In this document: piece after piece, positions 19,285-28,787 of the stretch
Position numbering within the stretch: position 1 is the first letter of the stretch
Layout: each line of letters starts with the position of its first letter
Assembly: GCA_050287085.1 (NCBI GenBank)
Contig: JBNKBE010000002.1
Span: 256,001-320,000 of the forward strand
DNA length: 64,000 nucleotides
Origin: Polyangiaceae bacterium
GTDB taxonomy: Bacteria; Myxococcota_A; Polyangia; Polyangiales; Polyangiaceae
Direction: 5' to 3'
Translations under genes and position numbers: made by a program
Notes under the pieces: model-generated
Database searches by the model: none
The model's input: only the letters and a program-made list of their open reading frames with translations
Told to the model about the DNA's origin: nothing

Positions 19285-21189
19285 ATGACCGAATACACCG
19301 CGAAAGATATCGATGTCCTCGAGGGCCTCGAGCCTGTTCGGAAGCGTCCGGGCATGTACATTGGAGGCGTTTCGAGCGCAGGTCTTCATCACCTCGCGTG
19401 GGAAGTGCTGGACAACTCTGTCGACGAGGCGATGAACGGTCACGCCACGGACATCGTGCTGACTCTGCACAAGGATGGTTGCAGCATTACCGTTAGCGAC
19501 AACGGTCGCGGGATACCCATAGACAAGCATCCCAAGCTCAAGAAGAGCGCGTTGGAGATCATCTTCACGACTCTGCACGCCGGCGGCAAGTTCGAGGGCG
19601 GAAACTATAAGACTTCCGGCGGCCTCCACGGCGTGGGAGCTTCGGTCGTCAACGCTTTGTCCAGCAAGCTGGTCGCAACGGTCAGGCGCGACGGAGCCGA
19701 ATACGAGATGGAGTTCAAGGCGGGCGCCGTGCTCAAGCCCCTCAAGAAGGTGCGCTCCGCCCGCGGCACAGGAACTACCGTATTCTTCTCACCGGACCCA
19801 AAGATCTTCCCGAAGACGCACTTCAGTGCGGATGTCCTTCGCCAAAGACTCGAAGTCGTGAGCTTTCTGCACCGCGGAGTCCGGGTCGTCTTTGAAGATG
19901 AGGTGTCCGCTACCAAAGAGGTATTCCACCACCAGGAGGGGATCCGAGACTACCTGACCCAGGTCGTGGCGAGTCGCAAGGCGAGGCCGGTTCATCCTAC
20001 AGCGTTTGAGGTTCGCAAGGAGAATGGCAGTCGCGTCGAAGTGGCGATCCAATGGACGGAGGCCACGGACGAGTACGTTCGTAGCTACGTCAACGGAATC
20101 CCGACCGGTTCGGGCGGCACCCACGAAAGCGGGCTTCGTGCTGGCCTTGCCAAGGCCGTCCGAAACTACATCGACGTTCACAAGCTCGCACCGCGCGGTG
20201 TTACCTTGACCGCCGAAGACATCCGCGAAGGGCTTGTGGGTGTGCTGAGTGTCTTCATTGCCGAGCCGCAGTTTCAAGGTCAAACCAAGGATCGACTGAA
20301 CAATCCTGAAGTTCAGTCGGTGATCGACAACGCCGTGCGCCCGGCGCTTGAGCAATGGCTCAATTCCAATAGGAGCGCGGCTGAGCAAATCGTGGGCCGT
20401 ATCATCCTCGCAGCGCGCGCTAGAGAAGCGTCCCGGGCTGCATCCCTTGCGGTGACGCGCAAGACGGCAACGTCCGGCCGTCTGACGCTTCCGGGCAAAC
20501 TCAGCGATTGCTCTAGCAACGACCGAGCGGATACTGAGCTCTTCATCGTGGAAGGTGACTCCGCGGGGGGCTCGGCCAAGCAAGGGCGAAATCGCGAAAA
20601 TCAGGCGATCTTGCCGCTGCGCGGTAAGGTGCTCAACACCGAGAGTGTTTCTCTCAACAAGCTTCTGGAAAATCGAGAGCTCGCGGATCTGGTCACAGCT
20701 CTCGGTTGCGGGATTGGGAAGACCTTCGACGAGTCCAAGCTGCGCTACCAACGTGTCGTATTGCTGGCGGATGCGGACTCGGATGGGCATCACATCACGA
20801 CATTGTTGCTGACGTTCTTCTATCGCCACATGCCCGAGCTGATTCGGGGCGGAAAAGTGTTTGTGGCTGTGCCACCCCTGTTTCGCGTCGACATCGGGAA
20901 AGAAACCTATTGGGCCGCGGACGAGAGCGATCGCGCGAGGATCCTGAAAGAGCATCAGAAGGGCAACGCCAAGGTCGAGATCACCCGCTTCAAGGGGCTG
21001 GGTGAGATGATGCCGAAGGTCCTTTGGGAGACCACGTTGGACCCAGCCAAACGAAGAATGTTTCGCGTCGACATTACCGATGGGCTGCAGACGGATCGCG
21101 TCATGAACGAGTTGATGGGGAAGGAACCCAGCGCTCGTTTCGACTTCATCATGAGCCGCGCTGAAGATGCTGTCGCCCTCGATGTTTGA
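19285..21189 (+). CDS. parE: DNA topoisomerase IV subunit B (GyrB/ParE family)
   Basis: RKRPGMYIG, GGLHGVGASVVNAL, EGDSAGG, PLRGK, DADSDG, RFKGLGEM; 634 aa with no large TOPRIM insert; 17 bp after parC. Confidence 0.9.
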   Translation: MTEYTAKDIDVLEGLEPVRKRPGMYIGGVSSAGLHHLAWEVLDNSVDEAMNGHATDIVLTLHKDGCSITVSDNGRGIPIDKHPKLKKSALEIIFTTLHAGGKFEGGNYKTSGGLHGVGASVVNALSSKLVATVRRDGAEYEMEFKAGAVLKPLKKVRSARGTGTTVFFSPDPKIFPKTHFSADVLRQRLEVVSFLHRGVRVVFEDEVSATKEVFHHQEGIRDYLTQVVASRKARPVHPTAFEVRKENGSRVEVAIQWTEATDEYVRSYVNGIPTGSGGTHESGLRAGLAKAVRNYIDVHKLAPRGVTLTAEDIREGLVGVLSVFIAEPQFQGQTKDRLNNPEVQSVIDNAVRPALEQWLNSNRSAAEQIVGRIILAARAREASRAASLAVTRKTATSGRLTLPGKLSDCSSNDRADTELFIVEGDSAGGSAKQGRNRENQAILPLRGKVLNTESVSLNKLLENRELADLVTALGCGIGKTFDESKLRYQRVVLLADADSDGHHITTLLLTFFYRHMPELIRGGKVFVAVPPLFRVDIGKETYWAADESDRARILKEHQKGNAKVEITRFKGLGEMMPKVLWETTLDPAKRRMFRVDITDGLQTDRVMNELMGKEPSARFDFIMSRAEDAVALDV

Positions 21190-21291
21190 GTCGAGCCGCC
21201 ATGATGAGCTGAGCCCGAAGCTGCTGCCTATCTAGGCTCTTGAAGTAGAAGCTGGCGCGGTGCGTGCTGCGACCAGAGCGGGAGCGCCGGG

Positions 21292-22668
21292 CTAGCGAAA
21301 ATCTGCCAGCGTCAGGTCGTATCGCTTGAGCCAGCGGTGGACCTGCATCCGAGCCTTGCCGAGTTCCCGACCTACGGCAGCCACGTTTCCACTGTGCACC
21401 CGTAGCAAAGTGATCAATTCTTCGCGGGTGGGCGCTCGGCTCGTGCCCTCGCTCGAGAGATCCGCTTCGCTGGGCGTTCGGGAGCCGTAGTCCAACATGG
21501 CATCGCTCAATGCGTCGGGTAGGAGTTCGACGGTCATGCTGGCGCCTGAGGTTAACGCCACCGCGCGTTTCGCGCAGGCTTCGAGTTCCCGCACGTTGTA
21601 GGGCCAGTCGTAGTGGAGCAGAGCTGTCATCGTTGAGAACGTCGGCTCCATCTCAGCACGTCCGTGGCGAGCGAAGAGCGTCTTGAGCAGCAGATACACG
21701 TCCTCTTTGCGGTCCCTCAGCGGGGGCAAGCGGACCTGATACTCATTTAGGCGGGCGAAGAGATCAGCGCGGAAGCGGTCTTCGGCCTGAAGCTGCGTCA
21801 GGTCGCGGTGGGTGGCACAGACGACTCGCACGTCCACACTTTCGGCGCGGGTAGCGCCCACCGGAAACACCTCCTTGGCCTGCAGCACTCGCAGCAATTT
21901 GGCTTGCGCAGCGGCTGGCATATCACCGATTTCGTCGAGCAATAGCGTGCCTCCGTCGGCCGCTTGGATGAGGCCGGGCTTGTCGCGATCGGCTCCGGAG
22001 AACGCTCCTCGCTTGTAGCCGAAGAGCTCGCTCTCGATCAGGTTCTGAGGGATAGCGGCACAATTGATGGCGCAGAAGCGACCGCGGCGTTGGCTCCAGC
22101 GATGCAGTTGCCGGGCGGCAACCTCCTTGCCTGTGCCGCTTTCGCCCAGGAGCATGACACTCAATGTGCTCCTGGCAATCTTCGACAACTCGCCGCCAAT
22201 GCGGTCCATTTGATAGCCGCCGATGAGTTCGCTGTCGGGGGGGGACAGTCTTCGGGCCCCAGGCTCCAGGCGCCCGTCTAGGCGATAGCGCTGGTAGGCG
22301 GCGAAGTCGCTCGGAATGAATTTGAGGATGGCATCACCCAGGCGCAGCTCCTGGTTGTCTTCCAGTCGAGCCGATAGGACGCGGCGACCGTCGAGCAAGG
22401 TGCCGTTGGTACTTCCACAATCCGTGATCCTGTATCCACCCCGCTCTCGGCTGAGGGTCGCGTGCAAACGCGAGATGGCGCTCACCGGGATTTGAACCGT
22501 GGCGGGGGCCTCACGCCCGACGGATACGTCGCTCTCCGGCAGGGCGTAGCCAGCGGGCAGCTGGGCGTTGTTGTCCGCATAGAGCACCAGCAACCCGGCG
22601 TTGCCCGCTCCGGCGTTCGAGCGAGACGCGGCCCGAAACTCCTGCATGGCGCCGGTTCCGTCGCTCAT
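21292..22668 (-). CDS. FHA-domain sigma54-dependent transcriptional activator (FHA-AAA+-HTH)
   Basis: FHA motifs GR, SRLHA, STNGT; GESGTGKE; GAFSGA; LLLDEIG; WPYNVREL; Fis-like HTH. Confidence 0.93.
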   Translation of the reverse strand: MSDGTGAMQEFRAASRSNAGAGNAGLLVLYADNNAQLPAGYALPESDVSVGREAPATVQIPVSAISRLHATLSRERGGYRITDCGSTNGTLLDGRRVLSARLEDNQELRLGDAILKFIPSDFAAYQRYRLDGRLEPGARRLSPPDSELIGGYQMDRIGGELSKIARSTLSVMLLGESGTGKEVAARQLHRWSQRRGRFCAINCAAIPQNLIESELFGYKRGAFSGADRDKPGLIQAADGGTLLLDEIGDMPAAAQAKLLRVLQAKEVFPVGATRAESVDVRVVCATHRDLTQLQAEDRFRADLFARLNEYQVRLPPLRDRKEDVYLLLKTLFARHGRAEMEPTFSTMTALLHYDWPYNVRELEACAKRAVALTSGASMTVELLPDALSDAMLDYGSRTPSEADLSSEGTSRAPTREELITLLRVHSGNVAAVGRELGKARMQVHRWLKRYDLTLADFR

Positions 22669-22807
22669 GAGGGGAATGTAGCGGCAATTGGGGGCTTCGT
22701 CACCCGTCGCGCGGAGTAGGTCGGGATTCAGCGTCTGCGAGTACTTTCGGGCCGATTCGTGGTAGCTTTGACCCCCGACCTGGCTCGGACAACCGGATGA
22801 GGTGGTT

Positions 22808-23644
22808 ATGAATCAGAAAGAGAACGCGCTTTCGCGACGGCTCGCCGCCGTGCAGCTTCAGTCTAGCGACGACGTGGCGGGCAACCTGCGCGCGTGTGCC
22901 GAGCAGGTCGCGGGAGCGGCAGCGCGGGGGGCCGACCTTGTATTATTGCCCGAGAATTTCGCGTTCTTTGGCGCCGAAGAGGCGCGCGGGGCGATAGCCG
23001 AGGATCTCGAGGAGGGTTCCGGCCCGATCATGACGGCCTTGCGGGAGATGGCGGAGCAACACAGCGTCTGCTTGATCGGCGGCGGGATGCCAGAACGCAG
23101 TCCGGATCCGCTGCGACCCTACAATACCTCGGTTGCGGTTGACGCGGGGGGCCGCATGGCTGGACGCTATCGAAAGGTGCACCTATTCGACGTGCGTATA
23201 CCTGGCGGTATGCAGTATCTGGAAAGCGGCGGCACAAGCGCGGGGGATAGGGTTGTGGTCGTCGAGCTTGGGGGGCTCCGCGTGGCGCTATCCGTTTGCT
23301 ACGACCTCCGCTTCCCTCGTTTATACGAGGCCGCCGCTGCGGCAGGGGCGGACGTTCTGACCGTGCCTGCGGCGTTCACGCTGCAAACGGGGCTCGCGCA
23401 TTGGACGGTTCTGTTGCGTGCGCGTGCGATCGAAAACCAGTGCTGGTTGCTTGCGGCCAATCAATGGGGCCTGCATCCGGGAGGACGCCAGACCTACGGA
23501 CATTCCGCGCTGATCGATCCTTGGGGCACGGTAGTTGCGCAATGTGGTGACGGCGTGGGTTGTTGCGTGGGGGACGTAGAGCTCGCAAAGCTCCAGGCCG
23601 TCCGCGAACGCATGCCCTGTGCGTCCCATCGCCGGGCCTTCTGA
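22808..23644 (+). CDS. Carbon-nitrogen hydrolase, Nit1/deaminated glutathione amidase-like
   Basis: E-K-C triad motifs LPENF, YRKVHLFD, CYDLRFP; RARAIENQ. Confidence 0.9.
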   Translation: MNQKENALSRRLAAVQLQSSDDVAGNLRACAEQVAGAAARGADLVLLPENFAFFGAEEARGAIAEDLEEGSGPIMTALREMAEQHSVCLIGGGMPERSPDPLRPYNTSVAVDAGGRMAGRYRKVHLFDVRIPGGMQYLESGGTSAGDRVVVVELGGLRVALSVCYDLRFPRLYEAAAAAGADVLTVPAAFTLQTGLAHWTVLLRARAIENQCWLLAANQWGLHPGGRQTYGHSALIDPWGTVVAQCGDGVGCCVGDVELAKLQAVRERMPCASHRRAF

Positions 23645-23735
23645 GAGCGGCCCTCCGAGGGCAGGTCCTCTCAGGGCTACCTTCCGCGTTCAGGCGAGAC
23701 GGCCGAGGGCGTTCAGCGATCTGGTCGAGGAGCTT

Positions 23736-25202
23736 CTATAGGTGGCGTTTGGCAATCTCGGTCCAGGTGCCACTGGGCTCGAGCTTGATGTAGTTGCTCC
23801 AATAGGGGCGCGCCTTTTCGGTTTGCCCCGCCTGTTCGTAGGCCATCGCGAGGTTGAAGTACGCATCCGCGAACTTTGGATCGGCCTCGATGGCGCCTAG
23901 GAATAGCGGGATGGACGCCTGCGGCTCACCGTGTTCGAGCATGACATAGCCGAGGTTGTACTGCGCTTCCGGCTGTCGGCTATCGAGCTCCAGCGCGCGC
24001 CGGTAGAGGGCTTCCGCGCGTTCCATCTCTTGACGCCGAAAGCAAATGTTGCCGAGATTCGTGTACGCGATCGTGAGCCACGGATCGAGCTCAATGGCCT
24101 TCTGGTAGAGCTGTTCCGCTTCGCTCATCGTCGCTGGATCCTCGTCGAGCTGGCTCGCCTTCAGATACAACTCGTACGCGGTTCGCGCGCGATCCTTGCC
24201 CGCCGCGGGTCGCAACACACGCACCACGTCGGCGCGCAGATCGCGGACCTCGAAGTCGAGCATCTGCTGACCACTGAGGGCGTCGAAGTTGCCATCACGG
24301 GTCTTGACTACGATGTCCCGGCCATCGGAGACGATCCGGAGCTCCGCGAGGGGGCGAGCCACGGTGGGGAGAGTGCGGCGCAGCGCGAGTACCGCACGGC
24401 TCACGTCCCGCAAGCGCACTCTACTGGTCAGCAAGCTCTGCGCTGCGCGCAGCTGAATCAGGTCGGCGAAAGTGTAGGCGCGCCGCCCGCGACGCCGCCC
24501 TGAAGGGGAGACAATACCGGAGCGATCCAGCGTCCGAAGGCGAGCCAGGGTCATGCCCAAGAGGCGAGCGATTTCGGTTTGGGTGAAGAGATCGGTCAGG
24601 GGCTCCGATGATGTGTCTTGCGAGCGTGTGCGGGGCCGTGCTTCAGGGGCGGTTGCGCTGACCCGCCCCCCGCCGGGGCCAAAAACAACGTGAATGACGT
24701 TGCGAGTTGACGACTTTCGCCCGTTTCTTGAGCTCTTCTGTTTCGGGCTGCGCGCTGTCGCCTTGCTGCCCTCTGCCTTGTCGCGCCGAGCTTTGGTGCT
24801 GGTCGCAGCTGTGGAGGCTGCTCCGCTGGGCTGTGGCGTTGAAGAGGCCGCGGCCATTTGCTCGCCCTTATCGCGGGGTCTGGTGTTCTTGGTTGCGCCG
24901 GCAGCGGCGCCTCCCAGATCTCGTAGCCCTTCTGAGCGGGGGCTACGTGCTTTCGTTGCCATTGCGGTGTTCGGCAAAATTGCGGTGTCCGGCAAAATTG
25001 CGGCATCCAGCAAAGGAGTTGCGCTCAACGGTGTGGCAGAGCTCTCTGGCCTCTTGCGCCGCGAGCGGCTGGAACTGCGCCCGCCCTGCGAAGCCAGTGC
25101 GGCGTGGTGGGGGTCCTTTGGACCTGCGCTGTGGGAGCTATCCTGCACGCCCTTCTTTCTGCGGCCTTTGGACGGTGGACCGTTGCTCACGCGCTTGCTC
25201 AT
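23736..25202 (-). CDS. MerR-type HTH plus TPR-repeat protein with a long disordered basic N-terminus (start uncertain)
   Basis: FTQTEIARLLGMTLARLRTLDRSGIVSPS...YTFADL (MerR HTH); TPRs AYTNLG, AQYNLG, AYFNLA. Confidence 0.85.
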   Translation of the reverse strand: MSKRVSNGPPSKGRRKKGVQDSSHSAGPKDPHHAALASQGGRSSSRSRRKRPESSATPLSATPLLDAAILPDTAILPNTAMATKARSPRSEGLRDLGGAAAGATKNTRPRDKGEQMAAASSTPQPSGAASTAATSTKARRDKAEGSKATARSPKQKSSRNGRKSSTRNVIHVVFGPGGGRVSATAPEARPRTRSQDTSSEPLTDLFTQTEIARLLGMTLARLRTLDRSGIVSPSGRRRGRRAYTFADLIQLRAAQSLLTSRVRLRDVSRAVLALRRTLPTVARPLAELRIVSDGRDIVVKTRDGNFDALSGQQMLDFEVRDLRADVVRVLRPAAGKDRARTAYELYLKASQLDEDPATMSEAEQLYQKAIELDPWLTIAYTNLGNICFRRQEMERAEALYRRALELDSRQPEAQYNLGYVMLEHGEPQASIPLFLGAIEADPKFADAYFNLAMAYEQAGQTEKARPYWSNYIKLEPSGTWTEIAKRHL

Positions 25203-25370
25203 GGTGACTATCCCGAACTCTTCATCACGGTCAGGTGAAGTTCAAGTCCCGCGAGGCGCCGACTCTGCGAGCGCCTTCAAGGGGGGACCTTTGTGCGTGC
25301 AAACTGTGAGTAAGTGGCCAAGGACTGGGGACAGGTGGTGTAGAGGCCTGCTCGGTGCTCGGACACCCGT

Positions 25371-25844
25371 TCAAACTCGGCGTCCCAGCGAGGCTGAAAG
25401 GGAAGAATTGTCCTTATGGGGAGCGTCGTCTTGCTCGTAGGGCGCTTCCACATCAACACTGATTTGAATGCCGCTGGCGCTCAGCTCGAAGCGCAGCTCC
25501 GCGTGCAGACGACCCAGCCTATGACAGCGAACCTGCGCCTCGCGACAAGCGATGCGCACAGCGCGCGTGCGGGCATGAGGGTTGCTCGCAAGCAGTGAGC
25601 AAGCGCGTATTGCATCCTCGTCTGCAACCATGCCCCCGAGCGAGGCAAGTGGCAGTAGAATGCTCGTGCTTCCGTAGTAGGTGGCAACCGCTTGCGAGGA
25701 TTGAAGCGCACCTTCGCTCAGGACATCCGCTGCCTCGAACAGTTCTCGTATGCGGTAGTCCGAGCATTGAAACAGGATCAGTGCACGTTGCTGAACGAGC
25801 GGGAGCTTTCCCGCCTTCCGCAAGCCCGGTCCACGGTGCGCCAC
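25371..25844 (-). CDS. Hypothetical protein
   Basis: 157-aa ORF with globular composition that fills the gap; no recognised motif. Confidence 0.6.
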   Translation of the reverse strand: MAHRGPGLRKAGKLPLVQQRALILFQCSDYRIRELFEAADVLSEGALQSSQAVATYYGSTSILLPLASLGGMVADEDAIRACSLLASNPHARTRAVRIACREAQVRCHRLGRLHAELRFELSASGIQISVDVEAPYEQDDAPHKDNSSLSASLGRRV

Positions 25845-26055
25845 GACGCCAGTCTAGCCCTAGCTGGGGCGGCTGGCGAACTTTCTGGGGCGCCGAATGG
25901 CACGCAAACTTGGCCCGCGCCTGCGGTATTCGGAGAGACTGCGTCTCGGCTTGTTCTGAGGTGGTCCGAAACCATCCCAGGCGTCACGCACAACGCTAGA
26001 AGCCCTACGCTGGGTGAGTGCCATTTACTTCGATTGGAGCTAGGAGAAACACACC

Positions 26056-26373
26056 GTGAGCTACCAAGGTCCGGAACGTCGTCGTCACAAGGTCTACGTC
26101 ACTCAAAACACCGAGTACCACTTCGAAGGTGAGGTTTGTGTTGCCGTGCGGGATCGAGCTCGCAGGAGTTGGCTCCTGGATCACCAGGCGCTCGATCGAA
26201 AGCTCAGCGGGTGTGTGCGCTTCCACAAGAACGGTGACGCCTATCCTTGTCTCGACCGGCCGCGCAGAGGAGATGCGCTCTTCTTCGGCTCGGACGGACC
26301 TGACGTCATCACTAGCGCCATTGGGTCTATCGGTCGTCCTCCCAAGGAGCTCGTGCTGGAATACCCCTTTTGA
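26056..26373 (+). CDS. Hypothetical protein with an N-terminal YxGPERR motif
   Basis: AGGAG RBS before GTG; MSYQGPERRRHKVYVTQNTEYH. Confidence 0.7.
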   Translation: MSYQGPERRRHKVYVTQNTEYHFEGEVCVAVRDRARRSWLLDHQALDRKLSGCVRFHKNGDAYPCLDRPRRGDALFFGSDGPDVITSAIGSIGRPPKELVLEYPF

Positions 26374-26448
26374 GTTCGTCGGACGAGTTGGCCGCTGCGG
26401 CCGGGTGCAGGCCACCCAGGCCGCTCCCTCAATGGAGGTTCAGACCAG

Positions 26449-28137
26449 GTGTTTGTTGTAGTCATCAGTGAGAAAGGGGGAGGGGAACGCCGAGAAGAAT
26501 TCGATGTGGACGCGGTGACTGTGGGTCGCGTTCAGGGCAACAGCTTGATGCTGCCCAAAGGAAACGTGAGCAAGCGGCATTGCACCCTGGAACTCAGCGG
26601 TGGCCGTTTCGTACTGACCGATCACAACAGCACCAACGGCACCTATGTCAATCGGCGCCGCATCACTCAGCCAACCTTGGTGCGTCCGGGCGATCGCATC
26701 TACGTGGGCGACTTCATCTTGCGCCTTGAACCGGAGGCGGAGCCGGCGGCCCTCGGCGACTCCGCGGACGTTGAAGGAGGAGTTGGCTTGGCCAGCTCGC
26801 CCGAAGAGCCAATACCGAGCGCTCCCAGCGTCGAGCTCGACGGCTTTGCAGGCAACTTGGTGTCGTCCGCGCCCCGGGATCGGGGCGGAGTGTTGCCACC
26901 CAAGCCGGAGCTTGCGGGCGACGCCCCTGGCTCTGATGGGGCTCTCAGCCGTGAGTTCGTCGAGCTAGCCGAGCAGCTCATCGCTCGGGCACAAGCGAAG
27001 CTCGAGCCTCGGCTCTTGGAGCGCACCTTGGATGAGGCCGCTGAGAAGCGCGTGCAGCGCGCTCTGAACGATGCGTTGGGGCGGCTGCAGGCCGAGGGAC
27101 TCCCGGAGCAAGACAGCGATCTGGAACGGCTGCGCTCGGTGGCCTGGTCCGAGCTGGTCGGCACCGGGCCGATTCCGGAACTACTCGCGGATTCGGAGAC
27201 AAGCGAAGTGGCGCTCACGGGGCCCGGGCGCGGTACCGTCGTCCGGGCAGGGAAGATGAGCGAGGTCGCTACGCCCTTGTGTTCCGCCGAAAGCGCTGAG
27301 CGCATTGCTCGTCGACTGTGTCGTGCGGACGGCCAGGACTTGCCGCCTAGCGCCGGCGTTTCTCGCGTGTGGCTTGCGTCGCTGCGCGTGGAGCTGGAAG
27401 TACTGCGGAGCGCAGGCCCCAGGCCCCATGTGGTCTTGGTGTTACGCCGGGGCGCCGAGCCTCTGAAGCCGGGTGCATTGGTGGACAGCGGAGTGGTGTC
27501 CCCGGAGATGCTAGAGCTACTGGGGCGGGCCATGCTCGCACGGCAGCGGGTGCTGGTGATCGGGACCGATCGAGCCGCGGCTGCCAGCGTCGCTCTGGCG
27601 CTCGCCGACCTAGTTCCAGATCCGCGGGTGCTGTTTGCCGCGGAGTCATTGGTAGTTGAGGATGAGGAGCACCTGCGCCTGAGCCGCGGGCGCCTTGCAT
27701 CCGATGCGCTCGCGCCCGCGTTGCGGGCTGCCCTGCAGCTTCCTGGGCATCGGTTGGTGGTCGGCGATCTCGGGGAGGCCTTGGGCGAGACCTTGGATGC
27801 CCTTCTCGCGTGCCCATTCGCGGGGGCGGTCTGTGGCTACGGGGGGGCTGAACTCGAAGCTAGCCTGGAGCAACTGGCGGCCCGTTTGGCCCTTGAGCGC
27901 GGCGTGCCTTGGGACGTCGCACGGCGCGCTGTGTGGGGCTCCTTTGATCTCGTTGTGCTGGTGGCGCGACAACCGAGCGGGGCGCTGCGTATGGCCCACG
28001 CAGCGGAGATCGATCGTTCTCAAGCGAGTGGTATCCGCACGTTGTTTCGCTGGAGCTTGGAGAACGGACATGGGGGGCACCACAGTGTCCACCCCGCTAC
28101 GAATCTTCCGCAGCGACTGAGCGCCCTAGGGCTCTAG
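26449..28137 (+). CDS. FHA domain fused to a degenerate TadA/CpaF-like ATPase fold
   Basis: Intact FHA (GR, SKRH, STNGT); ELVGTGPIPELLADSETSEV and LVDSGVVSPEMLELL match the CpaF scaffold; Walker motifs degenerate. Confidence 0.8.
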   Translation: MFVVVISEKGGGERREEFDVDAVTVGRVQGNSLMLPKGNVSKRHCTLELSGGRFVLTDHNSTNGTYVNRRRITQPTLVRPGDRIYVGDFILRLEPEAEPAALGDSADVEGGVGLASSPEEPIPSAPSVELDGFAGNLVSSAPRDRGGVLPPKPELAGDAPGSDGALSREFVELAEQLIARAQAKLEPRLLERTLDEAAEKRVQRALNDALGRLQAEGLPEQDSDLERLRSVAWSELVGTGPIPELLADSETSEVALTGPGRGTVVRAGKMSEVATPLCSAESAERIARRLCRADGQDLPPSAGVSRVWLASLRVELEVLRSAGPRPHVVLVLRRGAEPLKPGALVDSGVVSPEMLELLGRAMLARQRVLVIGTDRAAAASVALALADLVPDPRVLFAAESLVVEDEEHLRLSRGRLASDALAPALRAALQLPGHRLVVGDLGEALGETLDALLACPFAGAVCGYGGAELEASLEQLAARLALERGVPWDVARRAVWGSFDLVVLVARQPSGALRMAHAAEIDRSQASGIRTLFRWSLENGHGGHHSVHPATNLPQRLSALGL

Positions 28138-28180
28138 CCCCGCTCGAACTCCACGCCCATCCACAGAGCGTGTTCGCTCG

Positions 28181-28696
28181 CTATGCGTGTTCTTGTTCTT
28201 GCAAGGCCTTGGCAACCTTGCGCCCGATCAAACGGCGTTTGACGGCGTTGAACTTGTCGATCATCAGGACGCCATCCAGGTGATCGTTCTCGTGTTGAAT
28301 TGCCACCGCAAGCAGACCGTCCGCGCTCAGCTCAAAGGTCTTCCCGTCTCGGTCGAGCGCACGCACCGTCACCTGCTCCGCGCGCTGGATATCTTCGCTA
28401 ACACCCGGGAACGAAAGGCAACCTTCGCGCCAATCGATCTTGCCGTTCTTCTTGACGATTTCGGGATTGATGAACGTTAGTAGCTGGCTCGGTTCATCTT
28501 CGTCTGCGATGTCTATCACGAAGATGCGCAGAGGCACGCCCACCTGGTTGGCGGCAAGCCCTACCCCGGGGGCGTCGTACATCGTTTCCGCCATGTCGTC
28601 GACCAACTGACGAATTTCATCCGTTACCTCTGCAACGGGCTGCGCCTTCTCTCGCAGGATGGGATCGGGGTAGGCGAGGATCTTCCGAATTGCCAT
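28181..28696 (-). CDS. def: Peptide deformylase
   Basis: GVGLAANQ, EGCLS, QHENDH. Confidence 0.97.
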   Translation of the reverse strand: MAIRKILAYPDPILREKAQPVAEVTDEIRQLVDDMAETMYDAPGVGLAANQVGVPLRIFVIDIADEDEPSQLLTFINPEIVKKNGKIDWREGCLSFPGVSEDIQRAEQVTVRALDRDGKTFELSADGLLAVAIQHENDHLDGVLMIDKFNAVKRRLIGRKVAKALQEQEHA

Positions 28697-28787
28697 AGCT
28701 GCACCTTAACTTAACACTGCACGTCTCGTCGCCCAGGGCCCCGCGGCAAAAAAGTAGGGTCACGGTGAGGCAACGACACACTCTGAA

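Noticed and set aside
21148..21230. Degenerate echo of the parE 3' end downstream of its stop
   Set aside because: Only a gapped partial match over about 27 bp; could be chance.
25898..25915. TGGCACGCAAACTTGG as a sigma54 promoter
   Set aside because: The GG-N10-GC spacing is not met.
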